Below are positions 13,190 through 26,298 of a stretch of DNA of 64,000 bases, piece after piece. The stretch lies in NCBI RefSeq assembly GCF_009914755.1, contig NC_060942.1. One strand, given 5' to 3'. How positions within the stretch are numbered: position 1 is the stretch's first letter; every line of letters starts with the position of its first letter. Under the pieces are notes generated by a model. It saw only the letters and a program-made list of their open reading frames with translations. It had not been told where the DNA came from and searched no databases. This DNA comes from the human T2T-CHM13v2.0 reference genome, Homo sapiens. The translations under genes were made by a program, and so were the position numbers.

Positions 13190-16018
13190 GGGAAAAAAAT
13201 CACATGATTATATCAATAGGTTTGGGATAACTATTTGACAAAATCAAATCCATCCATGATAAAAACTCTCAGCAAACTAGGAATGGGGAGAACTTCTTCA
13301 ACTTGATAACACACATCTACAAATCACGTACACATAACACCATACATAATGGTGAGAAAGTTGAAGCTTTCTAGCTAAGATCAGAAACAAGACAAGAATG
13401 TCCCCTCTTACCACAATATTTCAACATCATCTAGATATCCTCGCTATCACCATAAGAGAATAAAAGGCAATAAATATATACAGATTGGGGAAGAAGAAAT
13501 AAAACTTTGTTCACAGATACTTGATCATCTATGTATAAAATCTGAAAGTATTGACCATAAAAATTCCTGGAACTAACAAGAAATTATTATAACAAGGTTT
13601 CAGGATACAAGGTTAGTGTAAAAAGTCAATCACCTTCCTATATATCAGTAATAAGACAAGGATCTTTGAAATTAAAAACACAATACCATTTGCATTACAC
13701 ACCCAAAAATAATGAAATGCTTAGGTATACATCTCTCTGTTATCTATCTATCTAACTGTATCATCTATCTATCAGACCTATGTGAGAAAAACTATGAAAC
13801 TCTGATAAGTTATAAAAGAAGAACTAAAGAAGTCGAGAGATATTCCATGATCATGGATAGAAAGACTAAATATTGCCAAGATATCAGCTCTTTTCAAATT
13901 AATCTATAGATTCAATGCCTTCCCAATCAAAATCATAGCAAGTTATTTTGTGGCTATTGGCAAACTGACTATAAAATTTATATGTTAGGACAAAGATCCA
14001 GATTAACCAACTCAATATTAAAGAAAAAGAACAAAGGTGAAGGATTGATACTACCCAACTTTAAGACTTGTTATAAAGCTACAGTAATCATGACACTGTG
14101 GTGTTTTCAAAATAATAGACATTTAGAACCATGGAACAGAATAAAGAACCCGCAAATAGATTTACGTAGATATAATGAACAGATCTTTGACAAAGAAGCA
14201 AAGGCACTATAGTGGAAAAAAGCTTTTTCTGAAAATGGTGCTGGGACAACTGAACTTCCACATGCATGAAATGAACCTAGACACAGATTTATATCTTCAC
14301 AAAAATTAACTCCAAATAGGACATACACCTAAATGTAGAACACAAAACTATAAAACTCCTAGAAGATACCATAGGAAAAGGCTAGATGACCTTGAGCTAG
14401 GTGGTGACATTTTAGATACAACAAAAAAGTCATGATCTAAGAAAGAAATAATCGATAACCTAAACTTCATGACAATTAAACACTTCTATTTTGCAAAAAG
14501 TCAAGACAATGACAAAGACAAGATTCAGACTAGAAGAATATATTTGCAAAAGACATATCTGATAAAGGATTGTTGGCTGTAATATACAAAGAAGCCTTAA
14601 AGCTCATCAATAAGAAAACAACCTGATTTAAAAAATAAGCAAAAGCCCTGAACAGACATGCAACGGACTGAATGTTTGAACCCTCCCCACTGTCCCCAAA
14701 TCTGCATGTTGAAAACCTAACCTGAATGTGATGGTATTTGAGGCAGGGCCTTTGTTGTGAGGGCAGAGCCTTCGTGAATAGGATTAGTACACTTAAGAGG
14801 CCAGAAAGCTGCATAGCTTTCTTTCCCCTATGATAAGATACAATGAAAAGTCAGCAGCCTGCAACCTGGAAAAGGGCCCTCATGAAAGCTGAACCATGCT
14901 GGCACTCTAAGATGCTTGAGCTTCCAGCCTCAAGATCTGTGAGAAATAAATTTCTGTTATCTACAAGTTACCGTGCCTAGAGTCCTTTATTACAGAGTCC
15001 TGAACTGACTATATATACCTCACCTCACCAAAGATGATATACAGATGGCAAGTAAGGATACGAAAAGATGTTCGACGTCACATGTCATTAGAGAATTTCA
15101 AATTAAAATGACAATAAGATACCGCTACCCATACGATTGAATGGTCGAAATCCAAAACACTGGCAATACCAAATGCTGACAAGGATGTGGAGCAACAGGA
15201 ACTGCAGGTAGGAATGTGAAATGGTACCGCTACTTTGGAAGTCATTTTGGCAGTTTCTTATAAAGCTAAACATACTCTTACCACATGATCCAGCAACAAC
15301 ACTCCTTGATATTTACCCAAATGCACTGAAAACATATGTCCATGCAAAAACCTGCACACGAGTGTTTATAGCAGCTTTTTTCAGAACTGCCAAAACTTGC
15401 GAGTAACCAAATGCCCTTTAGTGGGTGAACAGATACGTAAATGTGGTTCATTCAAACAATGGAACATTATTTGGTGCTTAAAAAAGCGGGGGAGAAAGCT
15501 ATCAAACCACGAAAATACCCGGAGGAAACTAAAGTGCATATTATTAAGAGAAAGCACTTTATTTGAACAGGACTGTATGATTCCAACGATATAACATTTA
15601 GGAAAAGACAAAACTATGAAGAAAGTAAAAACTATATATCAATGGTTGCCAGAGGTTAAAGGGAGGGGGGATGAGTAGACAGAACACAGAGGATTTTCAG
15701 GGCAATTAAACTATTCGGTATCATGCAACAATAGTGGATATATGTCCTGATACATTTGTTAAAATCCATAGAATGTACAACACCAAAAGTGAACACTAAA
15801 ATAAACTAGGGACTTTGGGTAATAACGATGTGTCAATGTAGCTTCATTGATTGTGAGAAATGGATCACTATGGAAAGGTATGTCATAGAGGGGAGGTTGT
15901 GTATGTGTGGGGCAGGAGGTTATGTGGAATCTCCCCGTATTATTATTATTATTATTATTTTTGAATCTTGCTTTGAAACTAACACTGCTTTACAAATAAA
16001 TTTTGTTAATTAAAAAAT
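13190..16018 (+). mobile_element. L1MC1-like, 5'-truncated (ORF2 3' half plus 3' UTR)
   Basis: Frameshifted ORF2 peptides (LPNFKTCYKATVI, HDPATTLLDIYP); L1MC1-type 3' UTR (catagaatgtacaacaccaaaagtgaac, gatgtgtcaatgtag). Confidence 0.85.
14658..15014 (+). mobile_element. MaLR solo LTR, MLT1A-like, nested in L1MC1
   Basis: ggactgaatgttt, tgtgatggtatttgagg, ccatgctggcac, cttccagcctc, gtgagaaataaatttctg; splits the L1 at aacagaca/cctcacc. Confidence 0.85.
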
Positions 16019-17624
16019 AACCCCACATGCAAATTTTAAAAACACTAGAACTCTTTTAGAACTGCTTTATTTTAGATTGTGCTTTTTAATTTCCACTGTT
16101 AAAGCAGTATTTCATACTTTAGGGTAGAATTTAATTGTTTTTAATAGCTGAGAGCCTTTTAGATTTTAGTCTGGTAAATACGGTGAGCAATCACATTGAG
16201 AAAATCTCTTTAGAGTTTAAAATTAGGTATGAATTTAAAGTAATTGAGATTGATTTTCTTAATTCACCAGTAAAATGTCTCTGAAAGTGTTTCCAAAAGA
16301 GGCCTCCTCAGGAGATTTTGAGCAATTTCAGCAAAATGAGATTAAGTGTCTCTTAAGTCAATATTTTGCAGGACAACTGGCATATACATGTATTGCATTG
16401 TGTTATTTCTAAGAATTGTGTCAAATTTCAGGCTTTACCCTATAAAGTATAAAGTACTAATACCAAAAATTTATTTGGATTTTTGTTATTTTTTTTCTAG
16501 ATAATTGTTTCATAGATATAGCCCAAGTGATACATGTGTATACAAATAAGTATGTGTATATGCAAATATATAGAAAACTCCCATAAATCTAATATGCATA
16601 TGTTTGAGGTAAGAATATATTGACAGAGGATTTTTATTCCCCTAAATTAGAACAATCACTTACACATCACAAAGCTTAGAGCCTTTGAAATGCTACATTT
16701 GTGTTTTATTATTCCATTTGTTACCCAAAACTAGATATTTTAGAAAATGCTTGTTCTATCAGTTTTTGTAGCCATAAATCCTCTAGCAAATTATCTTGTC
16801 ATTATAAATTTTATTTTAAATGATTCTCTGAAAGACACATGACTTCTTAGTTAGAAAAAGAAAAAGTACTTGCAGTTTGTTTAAATTCACTTATCGAGAA
16901 ATTGTAGGTTCATCTCTCTATGGAAACTTTTACAAAAGGAAGGGCAACAGAATGTCATTTAAGCTATATTTTGCTAAATGTATATTTGTTGGAGTATTGA
17001 GGGCAAAGGTTTTCCTTATCTGAATTAATCATTGTTTAAACTCTCTTTTATTTTAAGCCTCACTATCACACTCAGATCTAAGAAGAAAAAAATCAAAATA
17101 TTTAGGAGATTATGAAGCCTAACATTATTAAAACTAACTTCCCCAGGTCAACTTTCAATTTTTTTTCCTATTCCCGTTTGTAACTCCATTTAGATACTGA
17201 TACACTCATATCTTGTGTAACATCTTGCTGTAAGAACTTGAAAACTTTCCCCCTCTGGGTTAAGGATTCTTCTTTCATTATTTCTGCATGGGTTGTTCCA
17301 TGGACAATGTTTTATAGATGCTCATCACCTCAAGTTCATTGTTGTTAAGCCCTAAGTATTTCTTGCAGTTTCATTTTTTCTGAATATTAAGTCTTTGTTT
17401 GCAATATGTAATGGTCAGTGATCACATGTTGCCTGAGTATACTACTAATCATAGGCAGGAAACTGAATTTCTCCCTTTCCTGTTAAGTCCACAATTATTC
17501 TATATGTGTTCCCTTTTGCACTGATACTATGTAGAGACATGTTTGAATTTTTTTAATTATGTAGACATTTATTGAAAGTGAGTATAATGATGAATATATC
17601 TCTCTCCTTACTTTTACTTTTCCC

Positions 17625-17930
17625 CTTTATCTTCCACATTTAATAGTCCACAAATTCCTGTCATTTTTACTTCTTAAGTGTGCCTTAAATCATTTTCTTG
17701 AGTCGAGTCTCATTGTTACTAAGTTAGTTTAATGTTATATAATTTTCACTTCAAGAATTGCAAGTCTTTCCCCTCTATCCCTTCTAGTTGATTCACAATA
17801 TTGTGACTAGAATTATATTTCTGAAACACAATTCCAATCTGTCATTATTCTAATTAAAATTCTTTGAATAGTTGTCATGGCAGACAGAACAAAATTTCAA
17901 ACCCAAAGTAAGATACCCAAGGCATTTTAC
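17625..17930 (+). mobile_element. L2 fragment
   Basis: Degenerate L2 words (aaattcctgtcatttttac, tttctgaaacacaattc, ctaattaaaattcttt). Confidence 0.45.
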
Positions 17931-19299
17931 TCTCTTGTCACAAAATAATATTTCATACTTAATTCCATGGGTGCCTTTTCACATTTGTCACAATAAGATT
18001 TAGGAGAGTTTACTATGTGTCTCCTCTAGACACAGTGAATGATCAGTGACTTCAGATATTATTTTCTCTTAGAAGGATGTCATGAATTTTTGTACATATG
18101 TCTGTCAAGTGCTTACACTTTATACTGTGAACATTTATTTACGTGGTGGTTTTTCTTAGAGATACGTTGGTCTTTCTAATTCTGAATGGCCTAGCTTCAT
18201 AAACAATACTTTAGAAGTGCTATTTCCTTCAATTTATGCAAAATATCAGATATTTATGTCATTCATAATATTCTCTGAGATCTCAACCTGTGTTTGCAAT
18301 GTCTAATAAACCAGAGACACCTCAAAATTGCATATCAAATGAGCTTGTGCTGAGTGGGCATCTTAAACTCTATCCTTCAGACTAAAACTGTTCAATAATG
18401 AATAAATTATTATCTATGTGTATTTTTAAAGATGCTATTAGTATCATCAGTATCAATATCAAACATACATAAAATGCCTGCCTTATTTGTACAAGATACT
18501 GTGATTTAGTTGAATTAGTCTGAATATCTAGATTTATTGTAGTTTAAATTGGCAAGACATCTGGGACATTTAATTCTACTTGCATATTCATCTGCCAAAT
18601 TCAAATATGAAAAGTGAATTTCACCTCTGTACTTGTAATTCAATGTCTGCAGAGTCGCATTCATGAATGTCCAAAAAGACAAATTGTTCTCATCTATCAA
18701 ATAGGATTTTGGCAAGGAACTGGTAGTAAAACCAAAAGACCTGCCAAAGTGTAGACTTTGCAGAACTTTATGCCTTCTTCAGACTTTACTGTAATCTGTC
18801 ACCATGTGTCATTTTGAATGTGTTTCCTTTAAAACTGGCTTGGATTCATATTGGCAGGTAAAACATAACATTTATTATTGTTATACTTTATATTTTATTA
18901 AAATGAGTGAGAAATTCAAAAGATGCACCAGTGTTGAGGATTCATTTTCAAAGGTGAAACTTATTAGGAATGTTCTTTGGCCCAGGGCTTAATCAGTGCG
19001 CTTATATCCCAAACGCTATTATGCGTGGGTTGGGAGCTTATTGGTAGGCTTTGTCAATAATTAGCCAACTATCCAGCTAATACTCTTGAGTCCTGAATAT
19101 TCTATATAACAAAGATAACTAATTTTGTATGCTTTATATCATTTAATATTCACAACATCTTAGAGGAGATACAATATAGTTGTGAAAACCTCACTTTTTA
19201 TGCTTTCAAATAGAGACATATACTTAATTATTTATCTTAGTAAATCAAAAACTTGGACCAAATCTTGATAGAGTTTTTCTTCCTTAACATTATAGTTGG

Positions 19300-19828
19300 T
19301 ATGATGGTTGATATTGAGTGTCAACTTGATTGGATGAAAGGATGCAAATTATAGTTCCTGGGTGTGTCGGTGAGGGTGTTGCGAAAGGAGATTAACATTT
19401 GAGTTAGTGGACTGGGAGAGGCAGACCCACCCTCGATCTGGGTGGGGACCATCTAATCAGCCGCCAGCACAGCTAGAAAAAAGCAGACAGGAGAGGATGG
19501 AACTGCAGGCCTGCTGAGTCTTTGGCCTTCATCTTTCTCCCATGCTGGATGCTTCCTGACCTCGAACATCAGACTCCAAGTTCTTCAGCTTTTGGACTGT
19601 TTGCCAGAGGCTGTCAGGCCTTCGGCCACAGACTGAAAGGCTGCAGTGTCCGCTTCCCTACTTATGAGATTTTGGGACTTGAACTGGCTTCCTGGCTCCT
19701 CAGCTCACAAACGGCCTATTGTGGAACTTCATTTTGCCATCCCGTGAGTCAATACTCCTTAATAAACTCCCTCTCATATACACATCTGGCATATTTGTTC
19801 TGTCCCTCTAAAGAACCTGACTAATACA
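19300..19828 (+). mobile_element. ERVL solo LTR, MLT2A1-like
   Basis: gatggttgatattgagtgtcaacttgattgg...aataaactccc...ctgactaataca; 5-bp TSD gttgg at 19295-19299 and 19829-19833. Confidence 0.92.
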
Positions 19829-22163
19829 GTTGGTATGTTCTAAGTCTTAGTTGTACTGAACTAAATAAATGATTGATAATAAAAGGGAAGAAGCAAACAT
19901 AAGCCACAGGCTTTCACTATGTTAGAGCGAGTATTAATGTATCACGAGTACTTAGAGTTTTGAATTACACATCCCAATACAAGTATCCAACAGCTAATTA
20001 CATGATTTCAGAATGCACTTAGGAAGTATGTAGTTGTCAGCAGTAATTTCTAAATAAGGTGCATAGTTAGGAAGACAAATCCCTTAATTCGTGAAGCTTT
20101 TAGTTTAGGAATTACCAAATTTAGTTGATGGAGATGATGGAGATGTACAGGACAAAATGTCAGCAAAAACAGCAGGGTGTATATTTAATGCCACGGTTAA
20201 GTAGCAGCTGATCAGGCCTTGGCTACTGAGTACATGCTTTCAAACCGGTGAGTATTCTGGGCACTCAGCTAATCTTTGGTGTCCAAAAAACAATATTTAT
20301 AACACACAGAACCTTTCCAATTTTCATCTAATGTGTGTACATAAATGTAAGCCCAAACTGGTCCTCGTCCTACTTAAATATATTTTGCATGACTTCCCAT
20401 GTGCAAATATAGCAAGGCACAAAAAATTTGTTTGCTTCTTGATTGAGAGAAGCTGACTGCCTCTCTTGGGAAGTACTCTTGTTCATTGTAGAAGAGGAAA
20501 GGCTTCGGCTGCAAAAGAACCGGCTGCATGATTTTTTCTGACATTTTGTCTTTATATAACTTTTGTTCTAAAATAATCATTAAAGTTATAGTACAATTTT
20601 AGATTGAGTAAAAAATGGTGAAGCTACTACAGAGATCTCATGTACTTCTTACTCAATACACACCATTATTATTAACACCTTCAATTAGCATGGATACATT
20701 TAGTAAACTTAATGAACCGATATTGATATATTACCATAAACTTAAGTTCATATTTTATTCTCATTCCCTTAGTTTTCACCTAATGTTCTTTTTCTATTCC
20801 AGAATGTCATGCAGGATACCACATTACATTTAGCCATCTCTCCTGAGGCCCTCCTTAGGTGTGACAGTTTCTCAGACTGTCCTTGTTTTTGAAGCCCTTG
20901 ACAGTTTCAGAGGTTCTGGTTAGGTATTTTATAAACCGTCCCTCATCTGAAATTTTGTGAAAAGTTTTCCCATATGATTATGCTTGCATGATGAGTCTTT
21001 CTGAGGAATCGTATGGAAAAACTTCATTTTAATCATATTAAATGAAGGGCACGTATTATCAACATGACGTAGCTGTTAAAGTTTACCATGATCAGCAGGC
21101 TGAGAGAGTATTTGTTAGGTTTCTTTTCTTTATTTTTTTTTTTCATTCCCACTTACCAATGTACTCATTGGAAGGAAGTCACAGTGCACAGCCCACACTT
21201 AAGAATGGAAAGTTATGCTCTGTCTTTTTGAGAACAGAATACCTACGTAATTTTTTTGAGATTCCTTTACGTGGAAAGTTTGTCTATTCTTCAGCATTTA
21301 TTTATATTTTATTTATTTATTTATATCTGCAGAGACTCAGATAATTATTTTATGCTTGATGTTTTAATTGAATGTTGTCTTTTTTGATGCTCATTATTCT
21401 TTCAGCTTTTGCAATGTGGGGGCACTTTCAGTTGGCTCCTATGTCTCATTTATATGCCCCCATCATTGTGCTTTTTGAGGGTAGGGGACGGTTCTTTCTG
21501 ACATTATCACGAGATGCTCCAGGCTCATTTTGTATATTTCCTGCCTATTCAATGATTCAGTCATTTCTTCATGGAGCTTTAGTCTCTTTTTTCAGAGAAT
21601 CATATTAGAAACCAAGTCACGAGCCTGAGGTACCCTTAAGGCTACTGGGGTGACATTGCTTCCACATTTCCTAAGCTGATAGAATATGGATACATACATA
21701 CATACATATGTGTGTGATTATGTGTTTTGTGAACTAACTCATGTATATACTTATGTCTATAATAATTATTTCTGTAATTATCTGTATCTATATTAAGCAA
21801 ATCATGATTTTATGCTGTGTCTCCAAGTCTAACACTTATCATATAGATTATTCTCACTCTTCTCTTTGCTTATCTGTATATGCCCACTCCAAGAGTGGAA
21901 AACATGGTTCTTAGCACACATATCCAATTACTTAATTTATTCCAATACACATGATGTATATCAATATCCAAATTGTTCACTTGCGCCTCCATCAAAAATA
22001 ACTTTATCAACTATAATACAGTACTAGTGTGCTGTTTCTTTTGCCTTTAGTCTTAGCATCTCCACTCATCTCCAAAGTTGCTTAGCTAAGCATTTTCCTG
22101 CTCTTCCCTCCCCCATCTTAACTACAGTTAACTCCCCCTCACCTTAACTGCAGTTGTTTCATG

Positions 22164-22873
22164 TATAGTCACTCATCACTTAATGACAGAGATACAGTCT
22201 GAGAAATTTGTCCTTAGGTTATTTTATCATTGTACAAATGTCATAGAGTGTACTTATACAAACCTAGATATGATAGCCTCCACTTAGGCTGTATGATATA
22301 GCTATGGTATCTAGGTTACAAACCTATACAATATTTTACTCCATTGAATACCGGTAGGTGATTGTAACACAAGTAATTGTGTATCTAAAAATATCTAAAT
22401 ATAGAAAAGGTAAAGTACGTATGCTGTATTACAATCTTATAAGAACACCATTATATATGTGGTATCTTATTGACTGAAACATTGTAATGCAGTGTATTAA
22501 TCTGTTCTTATGCTGCTAATAAGAACATACCTGAGGCTGGGTAATTAATAAAGGAAAGAGGTTTAATTGACTCACAGTTCCAAGTGGCCAGGGAGGCCTC
22601 ACCATCATGGTAGAAGGGGAAGGAGAAGCAAAGTAATGTCTTACATGGCAGCAGGCAAGAGAGCATGTGCAGGGGAACTCCCCTTTATAAAACAATCAGA
22701 TCTCATGAAACTTATTTGCTATCATGAGAACAGCATGGAAAAGATCCACCCCCATGATTCAGTTACCTCCTTCTGGATCCCTCACATGACATGTGGGAAT
22801 TATGGGAGCTACAATTCAAGATGAGATTTATGTGGGAACACAGCCAAACCATATTATGCAGCATATGATTCTA
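22164..22873 (+). mobile_element. Tigger3a (MER7A-like) DNA transposon interrupted by THE1
   Basis: gatacagtctgagaaa, catagagtgtacttatacaaacctagat, tgactgaaacattgtaatgcag, resumes after the LTR. Confidence 0.85.
22493..22856 (-). mobile_element. MaLR solo LTR, THE1C/B-like
   Basis: Complete LTR with perfect TSD tgcag at 22488-22492 and 22857-22861. Confidence 0.93.
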
Positions 22874-23647
22874 TTTTTAATACTGTTAGATTCTTTTGTC
22901 AATGTCTACATTATTTTCTGGGACCTGGAAACCTTCTAAATTGCATTGTCATTTTTTTTTAGCTTTTACCTATGAAGTAATATTTCATTGTTTTAATTTG
23001 CAATTACCTAATGAAAATCAGTGCACACATTTTCCCATGCTAATTTTCTATCTGAATACATATATTTTTGATGTACTATCTGTTTAGGTCTTTTGTCCAC
23101 TTTTTAATTTGGTTGTTTGTTTTCTTATTGTTAGTTAAAGTATCTTTTGTGTATTTTGAATAGAAGTCTTTTAGTAGATGGTGTTTTGCAAACATGTTCT
23201 CCTGGTCTACCATCTGTCTTCTAATTCTCTTAACAGTGTCTTTATAGAAGGGGAATTTTTACTTTTAATAATGTATTAATTATTAATTTTTTCATAGTTT
23301 GTTTTATTTGGTATTAATTCTAAAAACTCATCACTAAACCCAAGGTCAACTGGATTTTCTTGTATGTTATCTTACAGAAAATTTTAGAGTTTTGCACTTA
23401 AACTTAGGTCTACAATCCATTTTCAGCAACTTTTTGTGGAAGGTAAGAGCTGTGTCTAGGTTCATTTTTTTCTGCTTATGGTCATCAAATTGATCTGGTT
23501 GCATTCATTTAAAAGAATATCCTTTATACATTGAACTGCCTTTGATTTTTGAAAAAAGTTGTAATTGTTTATGTTTGTGTGGGTCTATTTCTGAGTGCTA
23601 CTCTATTTCATTGATTAATTATTTTGCCAATACCACAATGTCTTTAA

Positions 23648-23949
23648 TTTTTTTTTTTTATTTTTTGAGACAGAGTTTCACTCTGTCACCCAGGCTTGAG
23701 TGCAGTGGCATGATCTTGTCTCACTGCAAACTCCGACTCCTGGGTTCAAGCCATTCTGGTGCCTCAGACCTCCTGAGTAGCTGGGACCAGTGGTGTGCAC
23801 CAGCAAACCTGGCTAATTTTTGTATTTTTAGTCCAGATGGGGTTTTGCCATGTTGGCCAGGCTAGTCTCGAACTCCTGGCCTCAAGTGATCCGTCCACCT
23901 CAGCCTCCCAAAATATTGGGATTACAGGCATGGGCCACTGCTCCTGGCC
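23648..23949 (-). mobile_element. Alu (Jb/old S-like)
   Basis: Full dimer with T-rich tail. Confidence 0.93.
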
Positions 23950-24170
23950 TGCCTTGAATATGGTAAGTCTTGAAGTTGGCTAGACATTGGTATTGTTTTG
24001 CCTGTCCATATAAAATTTAAATCATATTATTAATATCTACAAAAAATGATTCCTGGAATTTTGGTTGAGAATACATTAAATCTATTGATGTAGTTGAGAA
24101 AAATTAATGTATTAAAAATATTGAGACCAACAATACATGAAGAAGATAAGCATCTTTCCATTTAGTTAGG

Positions 24171-24365
24171 TTTTTTTTTTTTTTTTTGGTTTTAAGGAGC
24201 AGAGAGTTTAATAGGCAAGAAAGAAAAGAGAAGGCAGAAGGAAGAGGCTCCCTTGTACAGTGACAGAGAAAGGAGTAGCTCCAATGCCGAAATAGAAAGT
24301 CCCAAAGTGCGGTGGACACCAGCCAGGTATATACGCAGAGGTTGCAGGAGGTGATGTCATGATTT
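24171..24365 (-). mobile_element. Polyadenylated ERV1 LTR fragment (LTR9/HUERS-P3-like U3-R piece)
   Basis: Minus strand reads ...cttgcctATTAAActctctgctccttaaaacc followed by A18; TATA-like tatatac at about 24328; composition distinct from the host L1. Confidence 0.7.
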
Positions 24366-24651
24366 CTTTGAGTTATGTGGTTTTCCTCAAATAGATCCCC
24401 AACATCTTTTCTTGGATTTATATATAAGGATTAAATTTTTGGAGTTCATTTGAAATGGTATTCCTTTCTTCAAATTTCAAATTGCAACTTTTCTTATAGG
24501 AAAACAATTGATTTTTTATTGTTAAGTTTTTATCCTGTAGCTTTGCTAAATTCACTTATAAGATCCAGAAGTTTCTTGGTAAATTCTTTGGGATTTCCTA
24601 CATATAAAATCATGCCACGTACAAATGACAGTTTTATTTATTTCATTTTAA

Positions 24652-24993
<342 letters not shown>

Positions 24994-26234
24994 TTCTCTT
25001 TCTTGTCTAATTGAACTAGCTAGGACTTCCAGTATGCTGTTGAATTGAAGTGATGAGAAAAAGGTATCCTTGTCTTATTCTCAATCTGAGCATTCAGTTT
25101 TTCATCACTAAGTTGATTTTAGTTGTAGCTTTCTGTAGATGTCCTTTATCGGGATGAGCAAGTTCTCCTCCACTCCTAGTTTGCTGACAGATTGTGTCAT
25201 GAATAACTTGGATTTTGTCAAAAGCTTTTTCTTCATCAATTTATACAATCATATGAGTTTCTGTTTTTTGATATGTTGGATTGCAGTAATTGATTTTTGA
25301 ATGTTAAGCCAACCTTGCAAATTTGACAGAAATTTCACTTGATCATGGTAAATAATTATTTTTATACATTGTTGGATTCAATTCACTTATATTTTGCTGA
25401 GGATTTTGCATCTGCATTCTTGAGGGATAGTAGTTTTCGGTTTTCTTTTCTTATCATGTATTTGCCTCTTGTTGGTGTTAGTGTACAGCTGGCTTACAGA
25501 ATGAGCAAGGAAGTACTCCCTCTAATGGGAGTACTTCTGTTTTCTGGAAGATGTTTTGGAGATTGGATTTGCTTTCCTCAATTATTTGATAATTAATAAG
25601 TGAAACCAACTAGGCCTAGTGTGTTCTTTTCAAAGATTTTTATTGATCCAATATCTCTAATAGATATAGATATATTTACGTTTTCTAATTCTCCTTGTGT
25701 AAGTTTTAGTAGTTTGTGTTTTTCAAGGATTTTCTCCATTTCATGTAAATTAATAAGTCTGTGGGCATAGAGATGTTCTTAGTCTATCACTTTTCTAATG
25801 ACCATGACATCAGTTGCAATGTCATCTCTCTCATTTCTGATATTGGCAATTTATGCCTTATCTCTTTGATTTTCATTGTTAGCCATGCTAAACTTTTATC
25901 AATTGTATTAATTTTTTTCCGAAGGACCAGAATTCACTTTCATTCGCATTCATTTTCTCTATTGATTTTGTTGTTTTTAACTGTATTAATTTTATTATTA
26001 TTATTCCTTTCTCTTGGTCATTTTAGGTTTATGTTGTTCTCCTTTAGTTTGTTATTGTGGAATCTTAGATTATGGATTTTGGAATATTTTTTTCTAATTT
26101 TTGCACTTATTGCTATAAATTTTCCAATAATTCTGATTCTGCTCCTCCTCACAAATTTTTGTTTTATTTTTATTTTAATTGGTTCAAAAATATTTTCTGT
26201 CGTGTAGGTGATAGAGTCTTCAAATTCCTTGAGT

Positions 26235-26237
26235 TCT

Positions 26238-26270
<33 letters not shown>

Positions 26271-26298
26271 TTCCTCTCTCTCTCTCTCTTTCCTCTCT
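26235..26298. repeat. (CT)n imperfect microsatellite
   Basis: Read directly; explains the ERERER and LSLSLS ORF stretches. Confidence 0.92.
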
